Below are positions 1 through 12,333 of a stretch of 64,000 nucleotides of DNA, piece after piece. The stretch comes from Vezdaea acicularis (taxonomy: Eukaryota): contig JAPEUI010000010.1 of assembly GCA_026025075.1 (NCBI GenBank), forward strand, positions 124,001 through 188,000. Direction: 5' to 3'. Position numbers and translations under genes: made by a program. Numbering within the stretch: position 1 is the stretch's first letter; the number at the start of each line of letters is the position of its first letter. The notes under the pieces are model-generated. The model saw only the letters and a program-made list of their open reading frames with translations. It did no database searches and had not been told where the DNA came from.

Positions 1-392
1 GTTGCCAATGAAATCCAAAGTGCTGACGATTGCATCATCCCATGTTGCTTTCTCAAAATCAATGACTAACGATAAAAATGCGAGAGTCGCTTTGATAAGT
101 ATGATCTGAAGGTTATCCGGGACTGTCAGCGTATTGGCCTGGATATGCGACGTCATATCGTGCCTACAGGGATAGCAATGGCAAGCCTGATCACAATGCC
201 TGCTGCTACTGCGTATGCTGCTTGCCTGTAGTGCTCTGCTTTGAAGAGGCCGGGGTTTTGGAAAGCTCTCACAGCTGTTAGAAACTGAAGTCAGCAGAGC
301 TCAAGACAACCTAATGTTGCTGGACCATGCTCACCTCCAACAGCTGTAAGCTGAGCGCCCCGCAGAATCGCATTGGGGTCAAAATTCGACAT
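1..392 (-). CDS. usgS: Transmembrane protein, UsgS-like (5' part; runs off the window start; 2 introns visible)
   Basis: Not in the ORF track. Hand-spliced minus strand: ATG at 392, MSNFDPNAILRGAQLTAVG|AVRAFQNPGLFKAEHYRQAAYAVAAGIVIRLAIAIP|IILIKATLAFLSLVIDFEKATWDD. Donors GTGAGC and GTAGGC, CAG acceptors. N-terminus resembles fungal UsgS proteins (recalled). Confidence 0.75.
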
Positions 393-687
393 ATTGTGAC
401 TTCTGGACTGGCTGTGCCCGCTTATATATTGGAGTGTACTCTGCCGGGGCTGTACAATTCGTGTCGGTGGGTAGTCCAGGTTCCCGGCATATACGTGCAG
501 TCGCTAAATAATACCCAAGGAATCACTTCGTCTGCCATGACCGCTCCAGCCAAAGCCACTGCATAGAAGTCGAATCGATATGCAACTCTCGCTGGAGATA
601 CCGTCGCGTCCTATGTTTTCGACAGGAAACAATTTAATCATGCGTTCTCCTTATGTGGTCACTTAGGCAAGGACAATCACGTCAACG

Positions 688-1709
688 ATGGAGGGCCAAG
701 CTGGCACTTTCCAGGTATTCCTTCTCAAAACGAAGACGGTTCCCAACGACGCGTACGAGGACCATTTTCAGACGCTCAGCATCAATGGAAAGCGATCTAG
801 ACCGGTTTTTGTCCCCGTTCTGAAACACTGTCTCGTGGCAGAGCAATTGCGAACTATTGAGATATGGCTTGAAGGGGGCGTAATAAGCCTTGGAGGGAGA
901 TTTGGGGGCATCATCTTTACGAGCCAGAGGGCCGTTGAAGCCTTTGCCAAATGCGTGACGGATATGATTGGTTAGTTCATACAGGGAACCGCTGGATATC
1001 TAGAGGCTAGGGGCTCCCATGGTTTAGACGTTGAACCATTTGCTCACATGTTCACTTAGAGCGTAATCCGAACTACAAGCTTCCTAAAGGCATATACTAC
1101 TACGTCGTCGGTCCAGCTACACAGCGCACTCTTTCTTCAGTCCCCACACTAAGCAAGTCATCTATCTACGGTGCTGATACTGGCAACGGTGAAGCTCTTG
1201 CTCGCTTCATCCAAGCACACTTCGAACCCGTCCTTCCTGGCGAAGCCCTGACAACTAGGTCACTCCTGTTCCTTGTCGGTGAACAGCGCCGGGACATCAT
1301 TCCCAGGATCCTCGCCACAGGTATGCCAGATGAACCTGGGGTGATGCCCAAGAGGGCAATTGATGTTCAAGAGCTCGTCGTATATGAGACGCGGGTGATG
1401 GACACGTTCTCCGCCGACTTTCAGACAGAGCTGGGGGCAGCTAGCGCTACAGCTATGACATGGGTGGTTGTGTTCTCACCTACAGGTTGTGAGGCAATGC
1501 TTCGATGCCTCGGCTGTTTAGACGAGTATGGGCGCCATAAGCCAGAAACTGGAAAGAGAAGAATATTCATCGCTACCATCGGTCCTACAACCAGGGATTT
1601 CTTACGGAGGACGTTTGGCTGTGAGCCTGACGTATGCGCAGAGAAACCGAGTGCCGAAGGCGTGAGCGAGGGCATTCGGCAATTCATGGAATCACGGCAG
1701 CCTGAATGA
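688..1709 (+). CDS. HEM4: Uroporphyrinogen-III synthase (2 exons; intron 971-1059)
   Basis: Motifs LLKTKTVPNDAY, GGIIFTSQRAVEAF, YVVGPAT, GNGEALA, LFLVGEQRRDIIP, VVFSPTG, TIGPTT. The GTTAGT...CTTAG intron joins the ORFs in frame. Confidence 0.9.
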
Positions 1710-1771
1710 TATGAAGATATCGGATCGCTTGGTAAGGCACCTATTTCTCAGTCGAAGGCGATCCTATCCTA

Positions 1772-2008
1772 CAGTGGGGGGTCGTAAGTGTTGTACATTT
1801 ACGAGTCCGCTAATATATGGTATAACACCCGGTAACCAAGAGCTGCCTGCACTTCATGAGGCGTTTATTCAATTGATATATTGAAGACCTCCCCAGGTGA
1901 TCTGTGAGCTAGGTTTCTTACGAATGGATTCGTTGATCGCCGTGCTTAGGGCTTGATTAATGTGGGAAACACAAATTCGCCAATGTACAAGACTTACGAC
2001 CCCCACTG
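1772..2008. mobile_element. MITE, Tc1/mariner superfamily (impala/mimp-like), non-autonomous
   Basis: Left TIR CAGTGGGGGGTCGTAAGTGTTGTACATT (1772-1799). The right TIR (1982-2008) reverse-complements to CAGTGGGGG-TCGTAAGTCTTGTACATT (1 indel, 1 mismatch). Flanked by TA at 1770-1771 and 2009-2010. No transposase ORF. Confidence 0.85.
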
Positions 2009-2474
2009 TATTTCTTGACCCCACGTTTCGCGATCCGCTGTGGCTGCACAAGCTTTTTCCTACATGCGCACTAGAACACTCTTGGAAGCGGTTGCGAGCC
2101 AATCCGTTCGCAGGCCCTACCGCAAAGCCCGCTCGTTTAAGCAGCCTTTAGCGACAGGGTTGCTTTGAACTTTTAGCGTTCTTTTTGCTTACATTTGAAT
2201 GCACCGGAGCCATTCTTCCACTCGCACGATGACGCTCATCGCATACCTTTCCTGTCCAGATCCCTTTTCAGTGTCAGCCTCCGAGCTATGCCGCTGTCAA
2301 TTGTGCGCCGATCGCCATGTCGACCAGTACTTAAAGGAAACCGTCCTACACACTTTGATGGCTATCAACAGAATCGTCAATCTCCTCCTTAGCCGTGTGG
2401 ACCCGACGACATTTTCGACCCTTTTCGTCTAAATTGCAACCGCACAAACTAGGATTCTTTGCCAACATTTCGTA

Positions 2475-4232
2475 ATGTCACGCCTAGTGCAGCTCGTTGG
2501 CTCTGGCATTGGTCTTGCCGTGGAAGCAACTACAGCCCGTCAATCGCAATCACGAACTCTTTCACCCGCCAATGCCAGGCGTAGCAGGCAGGGGAGGGAT
2601 GATACAAAACCATCCACAGAATACGGTAACTAACAATACCACCTAACTCTGCATAAATGCTGATTGCATGTCTATTAAGATGGGGGTCCCTCCGAAGATC
2701 GGAGAAGCTCTGAAAAGAGCAGGATCGGTAATGACGAACCGGGGTGGAACTATGGTGATGCCTGGTCTGACGACAGCAAGAGGGACCGGTCTCTCGGCGA
2801 TCCTACAGAGCCATATTCCGCCAATGGTCCACAGATTGCCTACCCATCGATTCAACGAGGGTTGCCCTTGCCCGTGATCATTCCACAACGTCGGCCTGAA
2901 AATAAAAGTCGCGGATTCATGCTCGCATATGCGCCTGCACTCAATCATTGCGGCATCGACGAAGTAACCTTCTTGGATTTTCTTGAGACCCTCGACAAGG
3001 CCGTGAAGGCATCGCCAGTTTTCGACGTGATCAACATAGCTGCTTTCGCTGCTGGCTTTGCTCCAAGTGCAACAGCCCAAGTCGTATCTCTTGTGGTCAA
3101 CGTGGCTGTGACAGTCGCTAAGAGCGCCCAAGAAAAGAAGCAGTAAGTTTTGTAGCTGTCGGCCTGAGCCTAGACTCACAGAACACTGACACTTACGACC
3201 TTGTCATAGGACGAATGCTTTCTTAGACAAGCAAAACAAGAACCTCTTCGAGCCACATGGACTGTTCTGCTTGATTATGACATATAAACCCAATCAGACA
3301 TCATCAATTGTAGGTGTCAATAGTAATGAGCCCACTGTAAATTCTGCGGCAGACCTCAACACGGAATCGAGCCGAACAACTCGCGGCGAGTGGGAGCTAC
3401 CAGAAGCTTGCTCCTTGGAGTTTCCTCCGGACAGCGGATCACCGAAAAAATTCGGGAATTTTGTTGGAGAGTATTATGACAAACGTGCCCAGGCAAAGTT
3501 TGTATGCTGCTCATTGTTCAACTATACTATAGTCCGTCGCTAATCATACAATCTGACTTAGACCGCCCAAAATTCAGATTCGTCACTCAACGTTGCTCCA
3601 GCACCCCAATTCATATCTCGGTACAGCGATCCAAACCACCCCGCTAACAATGGCTCGATCATTTCACTCGCCACTGGCGGTCTCCTAGACCCTAAGCAAA
3701 GAAGGATAGATAGGAAAAATGCACGCGCGGAGAAACGCGGCCGGCCCACGTTACCAGCGACTGTAAGAGGAGGCATGAGTGGGACCCAAGGAGGTGCGGC
3801 CGCTCCGGCGAATCAAGGAGGAATAATCCGCCGTACCAAGAAGCGGGCTATGAACCAGGTATTTCACTCTAGTTCTATCTCTCCCACACTTAGAGAATAT
3901 TGACTAAATTTCCTCTTTGAAAGAATGTGCTCTATCTCATGATAGTCAACATGCCAACAGAAGCAGAGATGAACGCAACCTCGTCCCGCCCGACTCGCCG
4001 TGCACCTTCTCCTCGCCAAGAGCAACAGTACTTAGTCCCGTCGGCGGAGACACGCTTGAGCTGGGAGCAGACCTCTGAGTATTCTAGGCCTCCTGCTTAT
4101 CAACAGAGCCAGCAGGCTCTCCCACCGCTGCAGACCCAACCAGCCTGGACGCCTGTCGCCGCCCCCTACAGCCCCCCTCCACAGTATTCATATCCTCTCC
4201 AAGGCTATCCTACAATATATCGAGAGAAATAA
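2475..4232 (+). CDS. Uncharacterised conserved fungal protein (5 exons), PQRRP...RGF.RAYAP-type family
   Basis: ATG 2475 MSRLVQLVGSGIGLAVEA. Core LPVIIPQRRPENKSRGFMLAYAPAL..CGID..TFLDFL, later YYDKRAQA, SRYSDPNHPANNGSIISLATGG and VLYLMIVNMPTEAE. Four GT-AG introns with branch sites. Confidence 0.8.
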
Positions 4233-5098
4233 ATGGCCTAGCTTCTCCTATTGCGCTCTAGATTTTCCCCAGTAATTTGAGTTCGGACTTGGCTTTTGGA
4301 TTAGAGAACTGAATTGGATAGCGGGGCGTTCCTTTCATTTACACTTTCGGCTTGAATACTTGGGAATCTAAGCGGCATGGCCAAAGGGAGACATTTTACA
4401 TTTGTTTTGGGTTGCTCGCGTGTTTGTCACAGATTTTGGGCTTTGGTGGCAACATTTCAATTTGGATTATTTATTTCGGCAGAAACCAAGCAATAATGTA
4501 TACGATAGCTTACTATTTGCGGACAGTCTCAATGATTCACGGCCAATCAAAGATACAAACCCTTCTCTCTGCCCTGGTGCCAATGCACCCGGCTTCAAGC
4601 AAGTGTAGAGAATGAGCAGTCACCAGGTAATTTCTGAGAACGTGTTGCTAACTTTTAAGAGAAAAGTGTGGGACTGGCAGCGCCACAAGCCTGAAAATCA
4701 TTTAAGTTTAATGGCCGAGTTCCGCCAATGGGCCGCTAATAAATTCAGGGAACCCGTAAGCGGGAATGTCACGAAGGCTTGGTATCCCCCAATGTTCGAA
4801 CCTCACAAGCAACCAGACCGCCCGCAAAGCGTGTTTCTTTCCATGACTCTCGCTAGTCCTTGTCGGATTTACTTCTACCATTAGTAATTGTTGTTCTATG
4901 TCCGTCTTCACTCGCTAGAAACTCAATTATATGCTGACCCTTTAAGTATGACAACCTTGCTTGGAAAGCTGCGAAACCTCTAGCACCATTCCAAAGGTGG
5001 CCGCGTAAGAATTAGGAAGACAAGCTACAGTCAGTTTTAATCCTGAAAGGCTTCGCCACCGACTTCAATATTTACATGCTATCGACGAATAGGGGCCC

Positions 5099-6248
5099 AT
5101 GACCTCAACCCCGAAATCCCACGCCTCCGGCACCTCAACCCCCTCATCGTTCTCCTCATTCCTCCCCACTTCCTTCACAAGTAGCGTGTCAGGCCTTCTA
5201 AGACGTCTCACTGATCCGGAACCCCACCTCTTGGGAGAATCTTACGGAGAACAGCGCCACAGTAGCCTCACCCATGTCTCGTCTTACCCTTCTACCGAGG
5301 CCCCACTGCCTGTGCGGCGGCTAAGCCCTTTCCAACCACCTCCATTATGTCCACTGAGCCTTGAGGGCTTGTCAAAGAGCGAAGCGGAAAATGTGAAAGC
5401 ACAGCTACTGAGTGTTGCTCTAGCGGAGGAAATACGGCTGCTTATTCCTCCACGGCTGCAGCTTGTGGAGTCATGGGACTTACGCTATTCCCTTGAGCGG
5501 GACGGCGTAAGTTTAGCGACGTTATACCAGAAGCTTGAAAATGATGTTGGAAAGCCCGGTGGCTGGGTTCTCGTTATACGGGACGGCAGTGGTAATGTAA
5601 GCTTCCCTCAGATTGGGGGTGGGGAGCCATGAGGCGCAACACCCCAGTCCTGCTCGTGTTTTATGGACCTGACTAAAAGCCCGATTTCCTAATAACAGAT
5701 TTTCGGTGCTTATCTCACAGATCCGCCGCACCCGAACCCACATTTCTATGGCACTGGCGAGTGCTTTCTGTGGCGGTCAAGCATTCTCCCTAAGATACCA
5801 ACCCTACTCTCTCTTCCGCCTCCGCCGAGCGCCGACACAACTAGCCTTGGCCGGTCTACAACAATTTCGAATCATAAAGGCGTGAATGGCGACACCCTAT
5901 CGCCTCCCTCAGATATGGGGAGAAGCGGAGCGAGCACACCAGAGCGGATACGGTTCAAGGCCTTCCCTTACTCAGGGGTTAATGACTACATGATCTTTTG
6001 CGAGCCAGGATTTCTTAGCGTTGGTGGCGGGTGAGTATTCTTCACCGATTTCCTGAAAATTCCTAAAGGAATAACACCTGTTTCAACCTAGGGACGGACA
6101 TTACGGTTTATGGCTTGATGACGTTTTCGAGCATGGTATCTCGAGTACATGTCCAACTTTTGGGAACGAGCCCCTTAGCGAGGAAGGCCAAAAATTCGAC
6201 ATTCTAGGCGTTGAGGTTTGGCATGTGGGTCATGAGTACAGTACATAG
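5099..6248 (+). CDS. OXR1: Oxidation resistance protein 1 (TLDc domain), 3 exons
   Basis: LAEEIRLLIPPRLQL..W.LRYSLERDGVSLATLY, FGAYL.....HFYGTGECFLW, FKAFPYSGVNDYMIFCE..FLSVGGGDGHYGLWLD, CPTFGNEPLS. Introns near 5596-5698 and 6031-6091. Confidence 0.9.
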
Positions 6249-6730
6249 GGCGGATTATTGGGAGTTTTGGATAGAGGTGGCGTTTTGAGCATGGAGAGCA
6301 TCAACGAAATATCAACATGTAGGCCTGTAGCCTAGGCTCTTCTCGAAATGAAAGGAATGCAGGTTGAGGTCAGTACGTAGCATTCTGTACGTGATTTTGC
6401 TGACAGGAAGCAAAAATCATATAGGTGTCTTACGAGCCCCTAGAAAAGGAATGACACCGTTTGGCAAACAAATCTTAGCGAGAAGAGCGAGAAATGGGGT
6501 TTCACGGCCCGAGTGACGTTTTTCACGTTTCCTTAGAAGGGAGAGCATCTCTCTGCCAACGTTCAAGTCTTCGCTAGGACAGTATGCATGGGGTATACAC
6601 AGGCTTTCTATATCCCTACTTCATCTGCATGCTGGAAAATCCAAGCCCCTCCCTGGGTTGCGCCAAGTCTAAACTCAAGATCCGAGCACAAACCAAATTT
6701 CCACCCCGAGATCATGCCTGGGAAAAAAGA

Positions 6731-9700
6731 TCATGAGAACATATCCGCCACTCCCGTCAAATCCAGACTCGGCCTCGAGTCACCTCGCGCCCGCTCTCCC
6801 GGCTCTCTATTATCCTTCACGAATTCTTCTTGCATGGCACTCAACCTTCCCCCTTTCCTCACACCACTGACAGCAACCTTGCCGCTTTCAGAAATACTGA
6901 CGCCCCGTAAGCCCTGCAGGAGATTCAGGATCAACGCTCGCTGCAGCTTGGCGTTAGCGTTCGGAAGGAGCTTGGCCTCCATCTGCGCCAATCTCTCCTC
7001 TGTGACGCCGGGCAGACTCAGTAGGACTTGTTTGGGGGTTTCTGTAAGCGGCCTGTACGCCATATAGATGACGGCGATCAGATGAGCGAGGCTGAGCTGG
7101 TTATCAACAAAATTGGGGTCGTTCAGTGATGTGATGGCGGCTTGTAGCACGTCCTTGGCGATGAATTCTCGGATTGCGCTGTGCGTTTGCGTCTGGCTGC
7201 AAAAGTTGGGGACCATGTTGCGCAAACATCGGCCGATGACACCGCATGAACGAGTGTCGGGCATGCGGAGCATATGCATGCAGAGCAGTACCAAGGGCTC
7301 AAGGACTGCCAGGTCACCGAGTATCATAACGCCGACAGTTTCATAAGTCGTCGATTCTTGGTGCTCTGGGTCCGGCTTAGGCGCAGGATTATCTCGTGGG
7401 TGTTCTAAGGCGCTCGAGACCAACCCTGCTGCATGCCATGTCAACTGGCGAAGTATGCTCTCGAATTTCATTTCCTCGCCCAGATTATCATTTTGAGTAG
7501 ATCCTTGGTTGCCTTGCGTCACAGCATCCCACTCAGCCGTCATTTTTTTGTCAAGTTGAGAGAAGAGCTGTGCTAGTATGGGCGATAAGAAGGTACCACG
7601 AAGTTGTGGTGGGCAATCATCTATGATGGCCTTGACCGTTTTCAAAAGCGTAGTAAAATGATGTGAGGATAGAGCGAGGGCATCGTCAAACAGAGCATGA
7701 GCCAGTGGGGTCGGGAGTGCCTCGAGCCCATAAAAATGAGAACCAAACCGGGTCATAATCTGAATGATGTCGTAAGATAGCTCGCGGGCATTACGCAGGA
7801 CAGCGCGAATTGACGAGGCTAGGCCTTCCAAGGTGGCTTTCGTACCATGGACCTTCTCGTAGAAGTCTTCCTTAGTACCAGCGGAAATCCCGATCTGCCA
7901 AAAGCGGTCTCTTAAAATACGAGGAACGACTGGCTGCACTTCAGGTGGCAGTAAATCCCAAGTTGAAGTATCCATACATTTCTGCGAGTAGCTACAAAAA
8001 GTCAGCCTTGTCACGCATGCTATTACTACCAGAAAGCTAACCTTAATAGTCGAAGTAAAGGTGGCAACATTCGAGGTATACGGTCCGCCCAAAAAACGGA
8101 CGAGATCTCATATTGTTTTGATTCTGCCTTTACCTTATCAATAGAGTATTTAAGCAGAAGCCTCGTCGGCCGAAGGGGAAGACTCTAATAAAACATTAGC
8201 TATTTGATCAACACTGTTCAGGGAGGGCTACTACAAAAGGCTGGTTATCTAAAAATTCTTGTAGTGCCTTGGCATCATCGTCGAGAGGATAAAGTGACCA
8301 GTCCGCAATCTCATTGATGTTGTGACCGATAAGGTATTGTTGGACTTTATCAATACCAAACATACTCTGAAAGCCCTCGCGAGTGGACAGTTGCTGTTCA
8401 AAATCTTGTGACTCCCAGGCTTGCATGACTGGCGCTAGAAAACCCTCCATTCTTTGTCTTCGGGTATCTTCGTCGATTAAGGTCGTCCGAAGCCTAGCCA
8501 GTCAGTTTTTGATTGGTCTTGGCGCCCAGATGCTTACGTTATTATGAAGAGGAATGTAAAGTATGATATTGTTAGCCGTTTCTCTAGTACATTCGCCGCA
8601 ACGATCTCGTTGACTTTCTTTTCCAATTGATCATATACACTCTGCCTCGTTAGTGACTCCTCAAGTCAGAGAGACAGCTTGATCAAACGTACCATCAAAT
8701 GGTCTGGCATTCTTTGGGCAAGGGACTGAAGCTCCTCCACACAGGCGCTTTGTAGGTCTTTCATTGCCTGTTTGTATGTCGGGTATTCATCGATCCTGAT
8801 ACTCAACTGGCCAGTGACGAGCAATTTCTCTAGCACCTTGAGCATGGAACTGGTATTATTGCCTAATATAGTGGTTGAAAGAATGACGCATGAGCTGAGA
8901 ACCCTTTTCTTTATATATGGATCCTTTGCAATTTAGATAAAACCCGGGATAGCGAGTAGTTGAACGGTACTTACTTGAAACTCCAACCCTAAGACATATT
9001 CACACCAAGATTCTAAATTATCTTCCATAGTCTTATGCTCATGTTCCTTTATCAAAGTTAGATTTAAATTCCATCGGAAGGATACATGGTTGCTTACAGC
9101 TTCTTGCGGACGTGTCCCATAGGAACCCTTCCAAGCCATATAGCCGTTTAGAGCAGCCTCTACAGTCGTGAAATGCGCATCCACTCGCAAGTACAACATG
9201 GAATGCTTTGTAAATGTTTCCGCTATTGCTTGTAAGTACACCACTAAGGGGCAAGATCGAGAGAACTTACGTCGGAAAGGAGGTTGTCCATCATGCATGG
9301 ATTTCAGAAACTGATCGACCTGACCTAAGATATGATACATAGCCTCGAACGGCTTTCTGCGGACAACTTGTTCCACAATTGCAATGCAGCATCTACGATA
9401 ATTGGCGACGATTATTTGTTGGTCTTGCACGAGTTCGATGTCTTCATTCAAGAATAGATATGAGACATCCTCTGAATCCTTCGGAAACTGGTCATAGCTT
9501 ATTAATCGCTGGCTGCATAGTTCTAGGAGAGGGCCAATCAGAGGAGAAACGCCCGGAGATTCGACAAAGGATCCAGATCTTAAAAGTTTGGTCCAATTTT
9601 TCAGAATGGGAATTGACACGAGTAGGCTCGGGTTTTGAGCTATGCTTAATAGAAGCTCTAGGAATTCAGGTATGCTACACTCAGGAGGGAAAACATTCGG

Positions 9701-10904
9701 CCGATCCTCTAAATAGCCTGCAAGTCGAGACACCATCTATAGATCCAAATTAGCTTATGTGATGTAACCTAAAAGAACAAATACGTAATAGGAGTACCTC
9801 TGAGAATTTTTGCATGAATTTGTATTGTTCTTCATCAATGTCTGAGACATCAACAAGAGACCACTGATATAGCTGCCGCATTAAAGTGATGGGCCCAGGT
9901 CTGAACATCGGGCACACCAGCTCTAGCACCTCCTCAGATCGAAGAGAGCGCGCATAAAGAACGTTCAGCGCATCTATGGAAGCCTGCAAAACTTCAGTAA
10001 GAGCGCGAGATGAGAAAAAACTTTGCATTTGACTCACCATTCGTATTGTGACAATAGGAGCAGCCAGACTACCAGAGATGTGATCTGCACATTGTGCGGA
10101 AATGATTGCTTTTGGATGGCACCACGAGATAGCAGATCTCAGCGCCGCAAGAGCCTTGACTGTGCAATCCATTACCTGAGTATTCCCCTCAACGTCGCCT
10201 TGGATGCAAGAAGTCAAGAATGATCCAAGTCGGGCTAGCCATCCCTCCACGCCGCACCTGACATCCACGGTCGTTTCACGTCCAGGAAAATACTGTGCCA
10301 GAACTGATGCCGGTGTAAAGATGTCCACGCATGCTTTCCTAAGCTGGGAGTAGCGTAAGGCAGCAACAGTATCCTCGCCATTGAAGACATCGTCAGACAG
10401 TGACTCTAGGATTGCCATGACGAGTTCCTTGGAAACGAGGGATCCTGACCACAGTTGAACCAGCTGCTCATCCATCTCTATCCATTCCGTGCCCCAGCTT
10501 CGCTTTGCTATCTCAACCCATAACTGCGCTATCTTATTTCTAACATATACGAGCTCCGAACTTGAAATGTTCTGTCCGAGCTGCACCACCCAGTTCCGAA
10601 GGGTTGTTGCTTGATCATCGGAATATTGTTCCCAATTATGGTTGATCGCATGCTCGAGTAGTGAAAGAGCATAGTGTCGTACTACCGCTGGCTGGCTTGT
10701 GTCAGAGGCAAGAGTAAAGCCGTGATCTGGTGCTTCTGGGTCACGTTTCGAGTTTTCGAGATAGTATGATGCTTCCTTTCTAGCTTCATTTGAGGACTGC
10801 GGTGCATGAACGACCTTGAGAGCCTCTGTAACATTTAGCAGAAAGTTTGGATCGGCCGCGGTCCCACTTCCAGGCTGCGCAGCTCCATTAGTGTGAGAGC
10901 TCAT
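6731..10904 (-). CDS. MSN5: Exportin-5/Msn5-type karyopherin (about 10 exons)
   Basis: Importin-beta N-terminal/Xpo1 motifs (VHAPQSSNEARKEA, VRHYALSLLEHAI, RNKIAQLWVEIAKRSW). C-terminal RILRDRFWQIGISAGTKEDFY and LEGLASSIR. Consecutive minus ORFs linked by GT-AG introns. Confidence 0.88.
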
Positions 10905-12333
10905 AGCGCTCTTGCCGGAAGCGAGTTGAAGGTTGGTGGGTCTGCTGCAGTGGTGGTTGCAGGACTTGTTGATCCAGAGCGGTTTTCACGGGAGAAGCAG
11001 GGAATTATATGTAAGAGAAAGGGTGCAAAGTCATCTGTGACGAGCAGTATTCGATGTCTATTGCGCACCAAGTGAAGCTCTCAAGATAGTTCTACAACAA
11101 GTGTTATAGCTACGGACCTGCCTTAGCTCAGTAGTGGCTTCCGCTAAACCTAAAGCTTCATTCACTGGGATCCCCAAACCTAGCGCCAAATTACTAGCAG
11201 CTGCGGTACGGAGGTTGATGTTACAAGTTTGAGTCTGCCGCTAAAGTACGTCTTGCTATTTTAAGGGACGATATATGCCGTGTCGGGCCGACCCTTGAGC
11301 CTCTCCAGGCGACTTAGCGCCTGGAGGTGCTTGGAGTCAGATGCAGAAGACCGCTAAAAATTTTGAGAGACCTGAAACCCCACAGTAGCATGAAACATCG
11401 ATCTTTCCTCGGAGTAGCTAAGGTTAGTTGACAAAAACGTCAATGTTGATATATACCCCACATTTGGGCACGGTCAGCTACAGACTTTATTGCCAAAGGC
11501 TTGTACCTTCAGCAAAGCCTTCCATGAATTTAGAATAAATCCAGCCAATAAGTAACTTTCTTGCTGTTCGGCTTCCGGGGATTGGGATTTAGCTTCTTCA
11601 CGTTTGTCCAGGCCTTAGGGTGAATTGACCCAAAGAATGGGTAATAGATATATTTAATGCAAACATTTCACAATCCTTATACTTTAAGACACCAATGCTA
11701 TCCCACTCTTCTGTCTCATCGCCGAATGATCCTCTTGTAGCTCTTGCGATACATACAAAAGGTGTAAGTAAATCTCAAGATACGCGATTGGTCCAGTCAC
11801 TATTGTTTGCATGACTAGCAAGTGACTACATCCTTTACTCTTGGTATTCACACTATTGTCAACATCTCAAGCACACGGCTTTACTGTCGTTCTCTGAGGG
11901 CTAGGTTAGGTCATTCCCAATGACCAAGCAGGCGGAACCTCTTTCCTAAGAAAACATGCCTATCGTCTGCTCGACACTTTGAATCCAGCGTCTATTTCTA
12001 AATAGGCTGGATGGAGATACTCTCGTCCACAGCCGTTAGACGCTCCTCTCAACTGTTTCTGTTTTGGGCCCTGTCACGTTTGAACTCTGGGCCACCGAAA
12101 TAGAATGAGCCATCAGCGAAGCCTCGATATGGGCAATCACCTATAGCTTCAACACTGGAAGCAAAGCATGAACAAGAGAAAGCTATCCATTAAGTCTTTT
12201 GATGCATTGAAAGCTTGGAGTAATGTTAAGATAAGTGTAAGTTGTGGGTAATAATAAGCGCTCAACTTGATCGTCGTTTAGACTAAAAGCCACAGTGTCC
12301 GAGAACTACGATCGGGAGAACAGTCGATACTCG

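Noticed and set aside
6222..6248. Possible 1-nt frameshift at the OXR1 end (an out-of-frame TCA TGA follows WHVG)
   Set aside because: The frame closes normally five codons later, after the complete TLDc domain. No evidence of disruption.
11612..11626. TTAGGGTG as a possible telomerase RNA template on the minus strand
   Set aside because: It lacks the 1.5-repeat TAACCCTAA template, and there is too little room for a filamentous-fungal TER before MSN5.
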